Of a DNA stretch of 64,000 nt, positions 1 through 12,810 are shown piece by piece (within the stretch, counting starts at the first letter, position 1; every line of letters begins with the position of its first letter). The position numbers were made by a program, and so were the translations under genes. The notes beneath the pieces are model-generated. The model was not told the DNA's origin. It saw nothing but the letters and a program-made list of their open reading frames with translations, and did not search any database. Source of the stretch: Octopus vulgaris (lineage: Eukaryota); the NCBI GenBank assembly GCA_951406725.2, contig OX597839.1, positions 5,952,001-6,016,000 of the forward strand, read 5' to 3'.

Positions 1-133
1 TGCTTCTCAAACACATGGTTCCCAGGTTCCGTCCCACTGCATGGCAGCTTGGGCAAGTGTCTTCTACTATAGCCTCAGGCTGACCAAAGCCTTGTGAATG
101 GATTTGGTAGATGGAAACTGAAAGAAGCCCATC
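1..133 (+). mobile_element. SINE family A 5' part, cut by the window edge
   Basis: Matches family A head and core. Confidence 0.75.
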
Positions 134-600
134 ATATATATATATGTCTTGCAAACAACTTGCACATGCAAGTGCTACCAGTCAAAAGCTCCGTATACCA
201 AATAGTGAATTTGAACCTGAAACCCTGCGCTTGCAAAGCGAGCTTCTTAACCATGTGGTCATAGTGTATTTGTTTTTAAAGTTTTGTAGTCAATAATGGG
301 ACTTTGAGGAGTATTTAGCTGCTATTATGCAGGTTTTATTCCGCATCACAAAGTTTTTGTATATATTTCGATATATTTCTTAAGAAAAAATACCTTTGAC
401 TTAGTTTATTTCATTTTATTGTAGTGTATAAACCAACTTTGGTCATTTGATTTATAGATAATCCAATATAGGGTGTTATATTTTGCATATCTTTTATCTG
501 AAGTTTTTATTATTATGCTCTCAACAATTTAAAAAAAAAAAATGTTTGTATATACGTTGGGTCGTAGACATGTTTTTATGTGAATATTTGTATTGGCATG

Positions 601-631
<31 letters not shown>

Positions 632-1429
632 TGTGTGTGTGTGTTTGTGTGTGTGTTTGTTTGTGTTTGTGTGTGTGTGTTTGCGTATATATATGTATGC
701 ATGTTATTGTATGTATGTATGTATATATATGTATGCATGTTATTGTATGTATGTATGTGTGTGTATATATATATATATGTATATAATGTATAAACTGAAA
801 GAGAGAGTAAGAGCAATGAAAGAGGAGAAAGGGGTTAGACATTAAATATACTAAAAGAAAATTGCTGTCGTTTAATCCTTGTCATCATGATCTCATTATC
901 TATGTCAAAAAAATCAACCATTCTCAGGCACACACACATGCACAAATTCATGCTTCCCACTCATACACACACTCATAGTTCACATACACACACATACATA
1001 TATTATACATACAGATGCACAGGCATGTACACACACATACACATATGTTCAGACTCACTGGCATATTATATGTGTATATGTATATGTACGTACACACACA
1101 CAAACACAAGCATCCCTATTACAACTTGTTGACAGTCAATCTCAACAGACTGGGTTCTTCCGAACAGGAAGTTGTATATTTTGTTTGTAGTCGATGCCAC
1201 TTGGATGGATGGAGGGGGAGAATGAGGAGGAAAATGAAGAGAAATCTGCTCAGTGCCTTCCTAAGCTGATCCTGACTTTAGGATAGGGTTTAAATCAGAG
1301 CAGTTAATACTGTGTTGATGATGTTCTTGTTGTTTAGCACCCTTGGTGGTCCTGCACCACCATGATCAAAAGAAAGCAAGCCATGGCCACCCTCTCTGAC
1401 TTTTAGGAATAGCATGACCCAGCTGTGTC

Positions 1430-1740
1430 GTGGAGGCACATGGCCTAGTGGTTAGAGCAGCTGACTCGTGGTCGAGGGATTGCAGGTTCGAATCTCAGAC
1501 CAGGTGATGTGTGTGTTTATGAGCGAAACACCTAAGCTCCACACGGCTCTGGCTGGAGGTAATGGCAAAACTTCTGCTGACTCTTTCGCCACAACTTTCT
1601 CTCACTCTTTCCTCCTGCATCTTGCAGCTCACCTGCGACGAACCGGCGTCGCGTCCAGGTGGGGAATCTATACGCCAAGAAACTGGGAAACCGGCCCTTA
1701 TGTACCACACATGGCTCGAGAAGGAACAAACAAACAACAA
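1430..1740 (+). mobile_element. tRNA-derived SINE, family C, full length with TSD
   Basis: A box tggcctagtgg, B box ggttcgaatct, (aac)n tail; TSD atgacccagctgtg on both sides. Confidence 0.9.
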
Positions 1741-2035
1741 TGACCCAGCTGTGGCATGGCTATTTTAGGGTTTAGTCAAGCTAACCCTAAAACCAATTTT
1801 TTTAAGCCTGATATTCTTTTTTGGTCATCTTCCTATATTGGTCTACAGAGTGTCAGTGTGAGGAGACAATATCAATCACCCTTTTTTTTCTGCCACAATG
1901 AAGTCCCATTTTTTCTTTAGCATTCCCTTTTGACGAACTGATAATTAACACCAAATAAGCACCAGTTGTCAAGCAATTAGACACACACACAAATATATTT
2001 GTTTATTTATGTACAAATTTTGTACAAATACTCAC

Positions 2036-2178
2036 CGGGGTTTTGCCATTTTCCGCAATAATTCCGGCGCTCGTATTAATTTGTCCAGAGTTTTGACAAT
2101 TGCATTAAATTTTGGTCGATGGTTTCTTTCTCGTTGCCAACAATCAAGCATCAATTGGTGGATTGCTTCAGGACAATC
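2036..2178 (-). CDS. Eph: Eph kinase C-terminal exon (143 nt, phase 0-2)
   Basis: tttttgtag|GAT...CG|gtgagt; [47 protein letters not shown](R). Confidence 0.96.
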
Positions 2179-2256
2179 CTACAAAAACAAAAGAAAGCAA
2201 AATGTAAATAAAAAGAAATGGTAAAATAGTTAAAAAAAAAAAAGACTCATTCAATA

Positions 2257-2572
2257 CATCATCATCATCGTTTAACATCCGCCTTCCATGCTAGCATGGG
2301 TTGAACGATTTTGACTGAGGGCTGGCAAACCAGATGGCCGCACCAGGCTCCAATCTTGATCTGGCAGAGTTTCTACAGCTGGATGCCATTCCTAGTGCCA
2401 ACCACTCTGAGAGTGTAGTGGGTGCTTTTTACGTGCCACCGGCATGGGGCCAGTCAGGCGGTACTGGCAATAACCTCGCTCGAATCTTTTACACATGCCA
2501 CTGGCACAGGTGCCAGTAAGGCGACGTTGGTAACGATCACACTCGAATGGTGCCCTTTTACATACCACCGGC
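2257..2572 (-). mobile_element. Repeat family B (retroposon with (gat)n tail, internal gtgccNNNggcac modules)
   Basis: More than ten copies share tggttggcgttaggaagggcatccagctgtagaaac...ccatgctagcatggaaa...cgttaaacgatgatg. Confidence 0.88.
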
Positions 2573-2743
2573 AATGAAAATTTCCAATTTCAATTTATTG
2601 GAACTCAGCAATTTTTTGGTTAAAGTATGTACATTTCTGTAAGCACTATGCGTATCTATTTTTTGTGTATATACGTATGTGTTTATGCGTGTATGTATAT
2701 GAGTATGTGATTATGTGCATATATATATATATATATATATAAA

Positions 2744-2948
2744 CAGCCTCGTCTGGCACCTGTGTCGGTGGCACATAAAATCACCCACTACACTCTCGGA
2801 GTGGTTGGCGTTAGGAAGGGCATCCAGCTGTAGAAACACTGCCACATCTGACTGGCCTGGTGCAGCCTTCGGGCTTCCCAGACCCCAGTTGAACCATCCA
2901 ACCCATGCTAGCATGGAAAGCGGACGTTAAACGATGATGATGATGATG
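2744..2948 (+). mobile_element. Repeat family B
   Basis: Same conserved block and tail. Confidence 0.88.
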
Positions 2949-4306
2949 AAACACACATACAGTACTTACACAAATATACATATATGCATACACACAAAAA
3001 ATACATAAATATAAACAATTCTGCTGAAAAGCGAAGTTAAAGAAATAGATATTTTATAGAGAAATTGCCAAAGAAACAGTTCCATGGTTGTGATGCTTTA
3101 ACCGAAAGATTGCCAGGAACTCACATGCCTCAGTCTATTTCAAAAAACTATTTTACAACAGTTTGTCCCTCCTCCATGGCAGTTGAAGATCTGACTGCCT
3201 CATTAAAATTGTTAGCACATATTTCACTTCTTAAGATTATAGGGTACGAATGAAGGGATAATTAGCTGCTATTTCTAGCAGGCTAAGTGACCACAGACAA
3301 GCTCACCATTGGCTTCTACTCCCTTGTATTGATAATCTATGTATTATAGGGATAAAGTCATATAATTCCTACATTTTATACCTCTTTGGTATCTAAAATG
3401 TAATTTTCTGTTTCTTTCCGATCAAAGAAAAAGTAATAAACTAGGATAATTCTTTAAGGATTGTTATCTCTCTCGTCATGTAACCATAGGGAATAATCCA
3501 TAAGGATTTCTTGAAGAGGCTCAACTGGAAACATCAGCGGTTCTCCAAGGAGCATTTAACTCTTTGTCTGTCCTGTCTATCACATGTGATATGCAGAACA
3601 TATTTCCCTGGTGTCCATGTATCAGATATGATACACATTCCCAATTTTATTTCAACTAGAACAACTTGGGACTTATGAAAGTAAACCTGGTTATTTTGTA
3701 AGAAGCTTGCCTCTCAACCACAAGGTCCAGAGTTCAGTCCCACTGTGTAGCACCTTGGGTAAGTGTCTTCTACTCTAGCCTCAGGGCAGTAAAGACAAAA
3801 GTATTTTACAATCAAACATACTTTTTGTCAATTCTTTTAGCCACCACTTATGACAAGTATGGATGGAGGGTATCTATCCTAAAACTTCATTATTGTAAAT
3901 ATGACTTAAATTACAGGCTTAAAAACTTGAGAAAAAAATCATTAAAACAAAATACATATCAATATCTAAACTTTCCCCTGTGATAAATGCCACCAGCTCT
4001 TCTATACAGCCCTTGGTTTGAACAGCCACCTCAGGCACCAGAACCCCTTGCATTCATCAAGATGAAGAGGCTCAATCACTGGCTACCAACCTATTACTCA
4101 GATAGATATGACTGTAAATAGGCTTTACTCTTCTAAGAACAGGCTTTACTCTTTTAACTGTCATTAGTTGTTTTATTCGTGATCGTTGATGATCAGCTAT
4201 GATTAGATATTATTCCAAAACCTCATTTTCGACTGACTGGCAAGATGGTGGAAATAACTGTGAGTAGTAATGATAACGGTGATTATTACCACAGCCACCA
4301 CTAATG

Positions 4307-4611
4307 TGTGGAGGCACATGGCCTAGTGGTCAGAGCAGCGGACTCGCGGTTGAGGGATCGCGGGTTCGAATCTCAGACCGGGCGATGTGCGTGTTTATGA
4401 GTGAAAACACCTAAGCTACATGCGGCTCAGCAGAAGGTAAAGGCGAACTTCTGCTGACTCTTTCGCCACAACTTTCTCTCACTCTTTCCTCCTGCATTTT
4501 GCAGCTTACCTGCGACGGACCAGTGTCCCGTCCAGGTGGGAAACCTATACGCCAAGAAACCGGGAAACCAGCCCTTATGAGCCAAGCATGGCTCGAGAAG
4601 GAACAAACAAA
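4307..4611 (+). mobile_element. tRNA-derived SINE, family C, full length with TSD
   Basis: Near-identical to the 1430 copy; TSD ccaccactaatgt. Confidence 0.9.
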
Positions 4612-4673
4612 CCACCACTAATGTAAAACCTCTCATATATTTTCTCCAGGGTAGAATTTTTTGCATTTGGAAT

Positions 4674-5082
4674 CGCTGGCAGAAACGCTAGCACGCCGGG
4701 CGAAATGCTTAGCGGTATTTCATCTGCTGTTGCATTCTGAGTTCAAATTCCACCGAGGTCGACTTTACCTTTCATCCTTTTGAGGCCGATAAATTAAGTA
4801 CCAGTTACGCACTGGGGTCAATGTAATCGACTTTATACCTATGTCTGTCCTCGTTTGTCCACTCTATGTTTAGCCCCTTGTTGGTAGTAAAGAAATAGGA
4901 ATTTTGTCCGTCTTTACGTTCTGAGTTCAAATTCCGCCGAGGTCGACTTTGCCTTTCATCCTTTCAGGGTCGATTAAATAAGTAACAGTTACACACTGAG
5001 GTCGATATAATCGACTTAATCCGTTTGTCTGTCCTTGTTTGTCCCCTCTATGTTTAGCCCCTTGTGGGAAATAAAGAAATAG
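4674..5082 (+). mobile_element. SINE family D with duplicated 3' part
   Basis: Head gctggcagaaacgctagcacgccgggcgaaatgc; central gcctttcatcctttcggggtcgataaattaagtacc-type block (resembles the MetaSINE domain, from memory) present twice. Confidence 0.85.
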
Positions 5083-5202
5083 GAATCATTAAAAAAAGTA
5101 CTAATTGACCACTGGGGTTGATGTAATCAACACCCACCTCCTGAAATTGCTGGCCTTGTGCCAAAATTTGAAACCAATGTATTGTATGTATCTGATACTC
5201 AC

Positions 5203-5397
5203 CATAGGTGGAGGAAGACGATATCCTTTTTCAACTGCCTTTATAACGTCCTGGTTAGACCAGTTCCAGTAGGGTCGCTCACCGTATGACATCACTTCCC
5301 ACATTACAACACCATAACTCCAGACATCTGAAGCTGACGTGAATTTGCGAAATGCAATAGCTTCTGGTGCTGTCCATCTGACAGGGATTTTGCCACC
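5203..5397 (-). CDS. Eph: Eph kinase exon, C-lobe (195 nt, phase 0-0)
   Basis: tttag|GGT...ATG|gtgagt; [65 protein letters not shown]. Confidence 0.97.
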
Positions 5398-5469
5398 CTA
5401 AATTGAATTTAGAACATAAGGATATAAATACACACATATAAATACACACATATTATATATAAATAAACA

Positions 5470-6050
5470 GTATATTATTATGTTTATACATTTGTTGTGC
5501 AAGATTCTTTATGTGAAGTCGTGTGTTGAAACAAATATTGTTGTATTTAGGAATGGTCATTTTGCCAGTTTAGCCAATAAAAACACACGCACTATATTAT
5601 TTATTTTTTACATTAATCTTATATTATTAATCTTTATATTATTAATCTTTATATTAATAATTTATATTTATATTATTAATCTTTATTATTACATTTATAT
5701 ATTTGTTGTGTAAGATTTTTGATGTGAAATCGTGTGTTGAAACAAATATTGTTGTATTTCGGAATGGTCATTTTGCCAGTTTAGCCAATAAAAACACATG
5801 CACTATATATTTGGTGTTACTTTGCTTCAGTGTTATCTATTTTTTACATTAATCTTAATCTTAATTCGGCCAGAGTTCTTTCATCACACCCCTGTGACCT
5901 CATCAGTGGTCCTTTGCTTTCTTCTTTCTTATTTGTGTGTCTCTCCTTACTAACCGTCAGCCATTTTGTATTATTGTTTGTGTTGTTGCTGCGGTTAGTG
6001 TTGTTCGCGTCTGTGTTGTTATTGTTGTTGTTGTTGTATATTATTATATG
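5470..6050 (-). mobile_element. Probable Penelope-like remnant with internal ~108-bp direct repeat and HHR
   Basis: 5490-5597 repeated at 5701-5808; HHR at 5868-5912. Confidence 0.45.
5868..5912 (-). ncRNA. Minimal type I hammerhead ribozyme motif
   Basis: GGACCA-CUGAUGA-G-GUCAC(AGGGGU)GUGAU-GAAA-GAAC-UC-UGGCC. Confidence 0.65.
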
Positions 6051-6588
6051 TATGAAATGACACAGAAATACATACAAACTATGATACAATGATGTCACCC
6101 ATAGCCCCGCAAAATAAATGTGTAGTCATTTTCAAGTAGAGAACTTTTTCCCAAGTCTATTTGCACAGTGAAAGGTCTTATCAGTTTCAAATACACCGAA
6201 GCATGACAAATATGATTTTACATGAATACACACACACAACAAACACACATGTGTGGGTGTGAAATATTTTAAAATGTATTACTTGTTTTATGTTCAAACT
6301 GACCAGTCCAGATCTGGCCTCCCACACCTACCCTACAATATCATTCTAAAACTAAGCAACCATGTCATGAAAGTCTTGAAGCTATTCGACAATGCATGGT
6401 GGTTACTTCAAAACAATGTGACTTCATATGTATTGCATTCGACAAAGTAATCTGCTGAATTCTAAAAGGTTAAGTTTACAAATTACTTCACATATCAACT
6501 ACATACAGAGTGTGTCTGCTTATGAAGTGTTTATGTATATATGTATGTAAAGGAAAGAGTGAGTCTGTGCATGTGTAGTGGTACTCAC

Positions 6589-6702
6589 CTTAGTTGTATA
6601 GGCCCCATCTGTAGTATCATTTTCCACCTCTCGAGAAAGACCAAAGTCGGCCACCTTGCACACCAAATGTTCATTCACCAATATATTACGGGCTGCAAGG
6701 TC
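6589..6702 (-). CDS. Eph: Eph kinase exon, catalytic and activation loop (114 nt, phase 0-0)
   Basis: ttttgcag|GAC...AAG|gtgagt; [38 protein letters not shown]. Confidence 0.97.
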
Positions 6703-7284
6703 CTGCAAAATGGAAAACAGAAATGCTTATAATGCTACTATCAAATGATGATGATGATGATAATAATAATATTGTGTTATCGTGTACATTGTTTTGTCTT
6801 GGTATAAAAGATGGGTTATAGCAAATATTCTGCTCAATACCACAGATTTGCTTGTGAGTTGTTTGACCGTAACCAGTTGAGCATAACCCGTGGCCTCTAC
6901 CTTGGATGTAGTCAGCCCACTTATGTATGCATACCTTTCCTTCTTGGGACACAAAACTCTGCTTGCGAAGACCTGTTGAGGCAATTGAAATCGAAATCGC
7001 TCAAAAATCAATGGAAATTGTAGTTGTGATACCGGTGGCACATGAAAGAACCATCCAAACATGGCCGTTGCCAGTGCCGCCCCGACTGGCCTCCATGCCA
7101 GTGGCACATAAAAAGCATCAACCGATCATGGCCGTTGCCAGCCTCGCCTGGCACGTAAAAAGCACCCACTACACTCACGGAGTATGAAAAGTGGATTTAA
7201 ACTCAGAATGTGAAAGAGCAAGAACAACTACCACAAGGCATTTTATTCAAAACTAAATACTCTACCAATCTGGTGACTTAATTA

Positions 7285-7315
<31 letters not shown>

Positions 7316-7614
7316 TCCATAATGATACTTTTTTTAGGCACAGAGCCTAAAATTTTGGTGGAGGTTCTTGATTGCTAAAAACCTGAGGGGAATGAAAGGC
7401 TGACTTTTACCATCAGTGGGATTTGAACTCAAAACATAGAGAGCAGTAACTAAATGCCACGCATATTTTGTCTGACATTCAACTGATTCTGCCATTCTGA
7501 TGCCCTTAGCAACAACAACAATAATAACGATGACAACAATAATACTAATAATAAATAACAATGATGATGATGATGATGACAATAATAATAATGATAATAC
7601 TAATGATGATGACG

Positions 7615-7645
<31 letters not shown>

Positions 7646-8372
7646 TGATGACGACAATGATAATAATAATGATGATGATGATAACAATAATAATAATGAA
7701 AATTTTCCAAAAAAGGATAAATTTTACAGACAATGTTGCAGTTTAATATTAAAACTCATCAATACTTAATTAGAAGATGTGTAATTAACGAGACAAGACA
7801 AAGCAGTCGTTAATGCATACACCTGCATAAACACAATGTACACATGTACACCAGAACACACAAACACACAAACATTGTCACATATGCTTGCATACATACA
7901 TACATACATATGCACATACATACGCACATACTGAAACATAAGCAAAGACCACGTACATACATACGCAAAGTAAGGCACACACATTCAAAGTCAATAGAGC
8001 CATACAGGCGTATGTACATATATATATACATATATATATACATATATGTGTGTGTGTGTGTGTGTATACAAATGCACACTATGAAAACAAGCACGCATAC
8101 ACATACAAACACGCATACAAACATATATGCAAGCAAGTACATACGCAGTTGAAATAGAACATCAATCAGAAACAACATTTAATCAGATGAGTGACAGGGA
8201 TAAAGGACAAATGTTGAAATAACAAATAAGGAGAGATTGGGTGATAGACAAATGAATAGAGAGAGAGAGGGAGGGAGAGGAAGGGAGACAGAAGAATGGC
8301 AACATATATATATATATATATATATATGCATGCACATAAATATATATGTACATGTGTATATATATATATGTG

Positions 8373-8417
<45 letters not shown>

Positions 8418-8421
8418 GTTC

Positions 8422-8452
<31 letters not shown>

Positions 8453-8691
8453 GACACAAGTATATATATACATATAGACACAAAAGTATATATATACATA
8501 TAGACACAAGTATATATATATACATATAGACACAAGTATATATATATACATATAGACACAAGTATATATATATACATATAGACACAAGCATATATATATA
8601 TATACATACATATAGACACAAGCATATATATATGATGATATACATACGATGATATATACATACACAAACACACATGTATATACAAACATGC

Positions 8692-8731
<40 letters not shown>

Positions 8732-9059
8732 CAAACAAAAACAAACACATATACACATATACAACTACACACACACACACACACGCGTGAGTTTGTGTGT
8801 GTGTGTGTGTAATGAGAAGGAAAAATATAAAAGAGACAGATAGACAGACAGACCAGAAAGAGAGAGATAGATAGATAGATAGATAGATACATACATACAG
8901 ACACAGATAGGCAGATAGACAGAGAAAAATATAAAGAGAGAGAGAGAGACCTAGATAAGCAGACATACAGAGATAGAGATCAGGGATTTGTCAGTAATCT
9001 CCCTAAGGTGTAAGCAAGAGCGGAATGTGCAGTGAATGGATATTATAAATGATTCTTAC

Positions 9060-9158
9060 CCTGTGTACATAACTCATTTCTGACAAATATTTCATTCCAG
9101 ACGAAATGCCCCTCATCATACCAATTAATTGAAGATAGGAAAATGTTCCGTCATTGTT
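9060..9158 (-). CDS. Eph: Eph kinase exon (99 nt, phase 0-0)
   Basis: ttccag|AAC...AGG|gtaaga; [33 protein letters not shown]. Confidence 0.96.
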
Positions 9159-9573
9159 CTGGAACAACAGGAAGAATATGACAGAAAAATTTAGTTTAGA
9201 GACTGGCGTTATTGGAATAACAAACATTATTATACAAGTGTATATTATACGATATATATATGTGTATATATGTATGTGTATATGTATGTATATATGTATG
9301 TGTGTATATATATATATGTGTGTATATATATGTATGTGTGTATATATATGTGTGTGAATATATATATATATGTGTGTGTGTATATATATATATATATATG
9401 TGTGTGTATATATATGTGTATGTGTGTGTGTGTATATATATGTGTATATATATATATATGTATAGAGAGAAAGAGAGATGACATTTGATGTAGAGATATA
9501 AAGTGATATATCTGTATTTATAAAGGAATGTCAATTAACTAATCATAGTGCTTTATAAACAGACACTCTAAGC

Positions 9574-9619
<46 letters not shown>

Positions 9620-9841
9620 ATGTATGTGCCCGTATATGTATGTATATATATATATATGTATGTTTATACATACATGTATATGTGTAAAACCATATACCTT
9701 CATGCATATAATATACATAAACACACACTTGTGTGTAGGTGTATGTTTAAATACATATATATATATATACCTACACTCATATACATACACACTGATATGT
9801 GTGTGAAAGTTAAACCCTTTATCATTGTCATGTCAAATGTA

Positions 9842-10283
9842 CCTAAAAAAGCACCATCCGTATGTGGCCAATGATGCCAGCACCGCTTTGACTGGCTTCC
9901 ATGTCGGTGGGATGTAAAAACCACCAACCGATCATGGCTATTACCAGCCTCCCTTGGCACCTGTGCTGGTGGCATGTAAAAAGCACCATCCATACGTGGT
10001 CGATGTCAGCGCCTCCTTGACTGGCTACCGTGCACGGTGGCATGTAAAAAGCACCAACCGATTGTGGCCGTTGCCAGCCTCCCCTGGCACCTGTGCCGGT
10101 GGCATGTAAAAAGCACGCATTACACTCATGGAGTGGTTGGCGTTAGGAAGGGCATCCAGCTGTAGAAACACTGCCAGATCAGACAGGAGCCGGGGGGCAG
10201 CCTCCTGGCTTCCCAGACCCTGGCTGAACCATCCAACCCATGCTAGCATGGAAAACAGACATTAAACGATGATGATGATGATG
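9842..10283 (+). mobile_element. Repeat family B with ~5 internal modules
   Basis: Repeated gtggcatgtaaaaagcacc modules, then conserved block and tail. Confidence 0.88.
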
Positions 10284-10662
10284 ATAATTGTTTTGAATTA
10301 ATCATATATTATCTTGTAGCTTTGAAATTTTGATAATGCGATTGTATATTTTTAGAATGACATTGTAGGGTAGGTGCAAGAGTTTTGGCTGCTCTTTCTT
10401 GCAGCCAAATTCCTGTTGATTACCAGGAAAGAAGTCCACCCTTTTAATAGGTATGTAAATTCAAACTGTATTGTACATAAAACAGCAGTGTGTGATTTGA
10501 TGGAGATTTGGCTGCTCTTTCTTGCATTCCAATTGGTTACATGGAGAAAAGCTCACCTGTTTTATGGCTGTATGCATTCAAACATTAATGATTAGAAAAT
10601 TCCAAAAATGAATAATAAATTATATAAATGGCCAGAAAAGCAATTCAAGAAATTCTACTCAC

Positions 10663-10724
10663 TCTTAAGAAAGTATCCAAGGAGCCATTTGCCATGTATT
10701 CTGTTACTATCATAATGGGATGAC
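10663..10724 (-). CDS. Eph: Eph kinase exon, hinge/gatekeeper (62 nt, phase 1-0)
   Basis: ttttgcag|GT...AGA|gtgagt; (S)HPIMIVTEYMANGSLDTFLR. Too short for the ORF track. Confidence 0.96.
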
Positions 10725-10764
10725 CTGCAAAAGAAAAATATAAAAATCAATGTTAATAATAATA

Positions 10765-11165
10765 AACCTATCTACTAAAGGCACAAAGCATGAAATTTTA
10801 GGGGAGGGAACCAGTTGATTACATTGACCTCAGTGTTCAACTGGTACTTAATTTATCAACCCTGAAAGGATGAAAGACAAAGTCAACCCCTGGCGGCATT
10901 TGGACTCAGAACATGAAGACAGCTCACTGCCTCAATAATAATAATAATAATCTTTTCTACTAAGGGCAGAAGGCCCGAAACTTTGTGGGAGGGGACTAGC
11001 TGATTCCATCGACTCCAGTGTTTGACAGGTACTTAATTTATTGACCCCGAAAGGATGAAAAGCAAAGTCAACCTTGACAGAATTTGAACTCAGAATGTAG
11101 CAGTGGGCGAAATACTGCTAAGCATTTTGTCCAGCATGCTAACGATTCTGCCAGCTAATTGCCCT
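10765..11165 (-). mobile_element. Two adjacent older family D-like SINEs
   Basis: gaaaggatgaaa...aaagtcaac...tttgaactcagaa blocks with (aat)n tails. Confidence 0.72.
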
Positions 11166-11189
11166 AATAATAATAATAATAGTAATAAT

Positions 11190-11500
11190 CACTGTGATTA
11201 CCGTGACCGACCGGGCTATCAGATGTTGCTACACATAGCTGGTCACAATGCGCTTTGCATTGTTTTAGCCTTCAAATGACGCCACCCCGCTGGCTAAGCG
11301 AGCAGGCCAACAGAAGAAAGAGTGAGAGAAAGTTGGGACGAAAGAGTACAGCAGGGATCGCCACTACCCCTTGCCGGAGCCTCGTGGAGCTTTAGGTGTT
11401 TTCACTGAATAAACACACACAACGCCCAGTCTTGGAATCGAAACCACGATCCTACGACTGCGTCTCCATTGCCCTAACCACTGGGACATTGCGCCTCCCC
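11190..11500 (-). mobile_element. tRNA-derived SINE, C-type head with a third tail type
   Basis: Head and core shared with the 21524 copy up to actttctctcactct, then unrelated 3' sequence. Confidence 0.8.
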
Positions 11501-11953
11501 ACATGATAATGTATTCGTTGATATACAGTGCCTACTAATAAGGTGGGGTGGTCATAGTTGGAATACCTTTGATAATAAGACTGCTCAATCAATTTCCATT
11601 TACAGAGTCAAAGAAGGAGCTTTTGCATGGTCAATATTCATGTTGGCTATGGCAGTGAAACACCGAAAGACAAAAGCGACATTGGACAACGTGATAAATG
11701 TTCTGGTGATAGTATAATGAAAACTAGAGTCCGCTGCCCTAACCACTGAGCCATTGCGCCTCCACAATAGTAATAATAATACTATAAAATAGATGTGTAA
11801 GATACAAATACATATGCTGAGAGAGTTTTTTTTTTATATTTAGAGGATAGCTAAATTGTATAGTTTAACAATTTATTTCACTAGCTGGCTTCAAGAGGCT
11901 CACATCACACACAAATACTACAAACAGTGGCCAAAAGAGCAAAACAACCATAC

Positions 11954-11971
11954 ACGAATCTGTCGCTCTGA
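11954..11971 (-). CDS. Candidate 18-nt kinase-insert microexon (phase 1-1), (I)RATDS(C)
   Basis: tttcttgctttcttttttatttttctag|TCAGAGCGACAGATTCGT|gtatgg. Confidence 0.45.
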
Positions 11972-12659
11972 CTAGAAAAATAAAAAAGAAAGCAAGAAAA
12001 AAACATAAACAAAACACAGTCGAAAACACACATAAACTGACATGAGCATCTATCTATACTCTGGCCTGGATGGGAGAGCCGAGTTACATAATGATGTGTA
12101 ACAATTACTTAAATGAGCTGTGACAGCTAAATTGAGAATAACCCGCGCCACCAACTGACGGAAACAAAACAAAAAGCAAAATCGTTGCCAGCCCTACTAC
12201 ATCTCCCAAGTGTCCCAATGTCCAATATCCAGGCAATCTGTCGACCCACCCTGGGTAGATAGGATACACGGAAAGACAAACTTGAGGACAGAGAAACAAA
12301 TATTAAAACTGCCGGGAGAATGTAGGAAAGGACGCAAGCGTTGAAAACTAGGTTGATAATAATAATAATATAATAATAATAATAATATAATGATATAATA
12401 ATAATAATAATAAAATAATAAAAATAAAAGAATAATAATAATAAAATAATAAAAATAAAATAATAATATTAATATAATAAAATAATAATAATAATAATAT
12501 AGAATGTAATGAAGGTGAGTGGGACAGGATTAGATAGTTTATAAGGGAGACAGAGAGAGACTGAATGTAAGAGAGTGAGGTGAGAGTACGATAAAGAATT
12601 ATGTAAGATGTTGGTGAAGTGAGGAGAGTAGAGAGATAGAGAGAAAGTGTGGGAGAGTG

Positions 12660-12810
12660 AGTGTGTGTGTATGTACATCTGTTTCTGTGTGTGGTGTGTG
12701 TGTATGTACATCTGTTTCTGTGTGTGGTGTGTGTGTATGTACATCTGTTTCTGTATGTGGTGTGTGTGTGTATGTACATCTGTTTCTGTGTGTGGTGTGT
12801 GTGTGTGTGG
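12660..12810. repeat. ~33-bp minisatellite, 4 copies
   Basis: gtatgtacatctgtttctgtgtgtggtgtgt repeated. Confidence 0.88.

Noticed and set aside
1430-1505. tRNA-like sequences at SINE heads
   Set aside because: They continue into SINE bodies with tails and TSDs; not tRNA genes.
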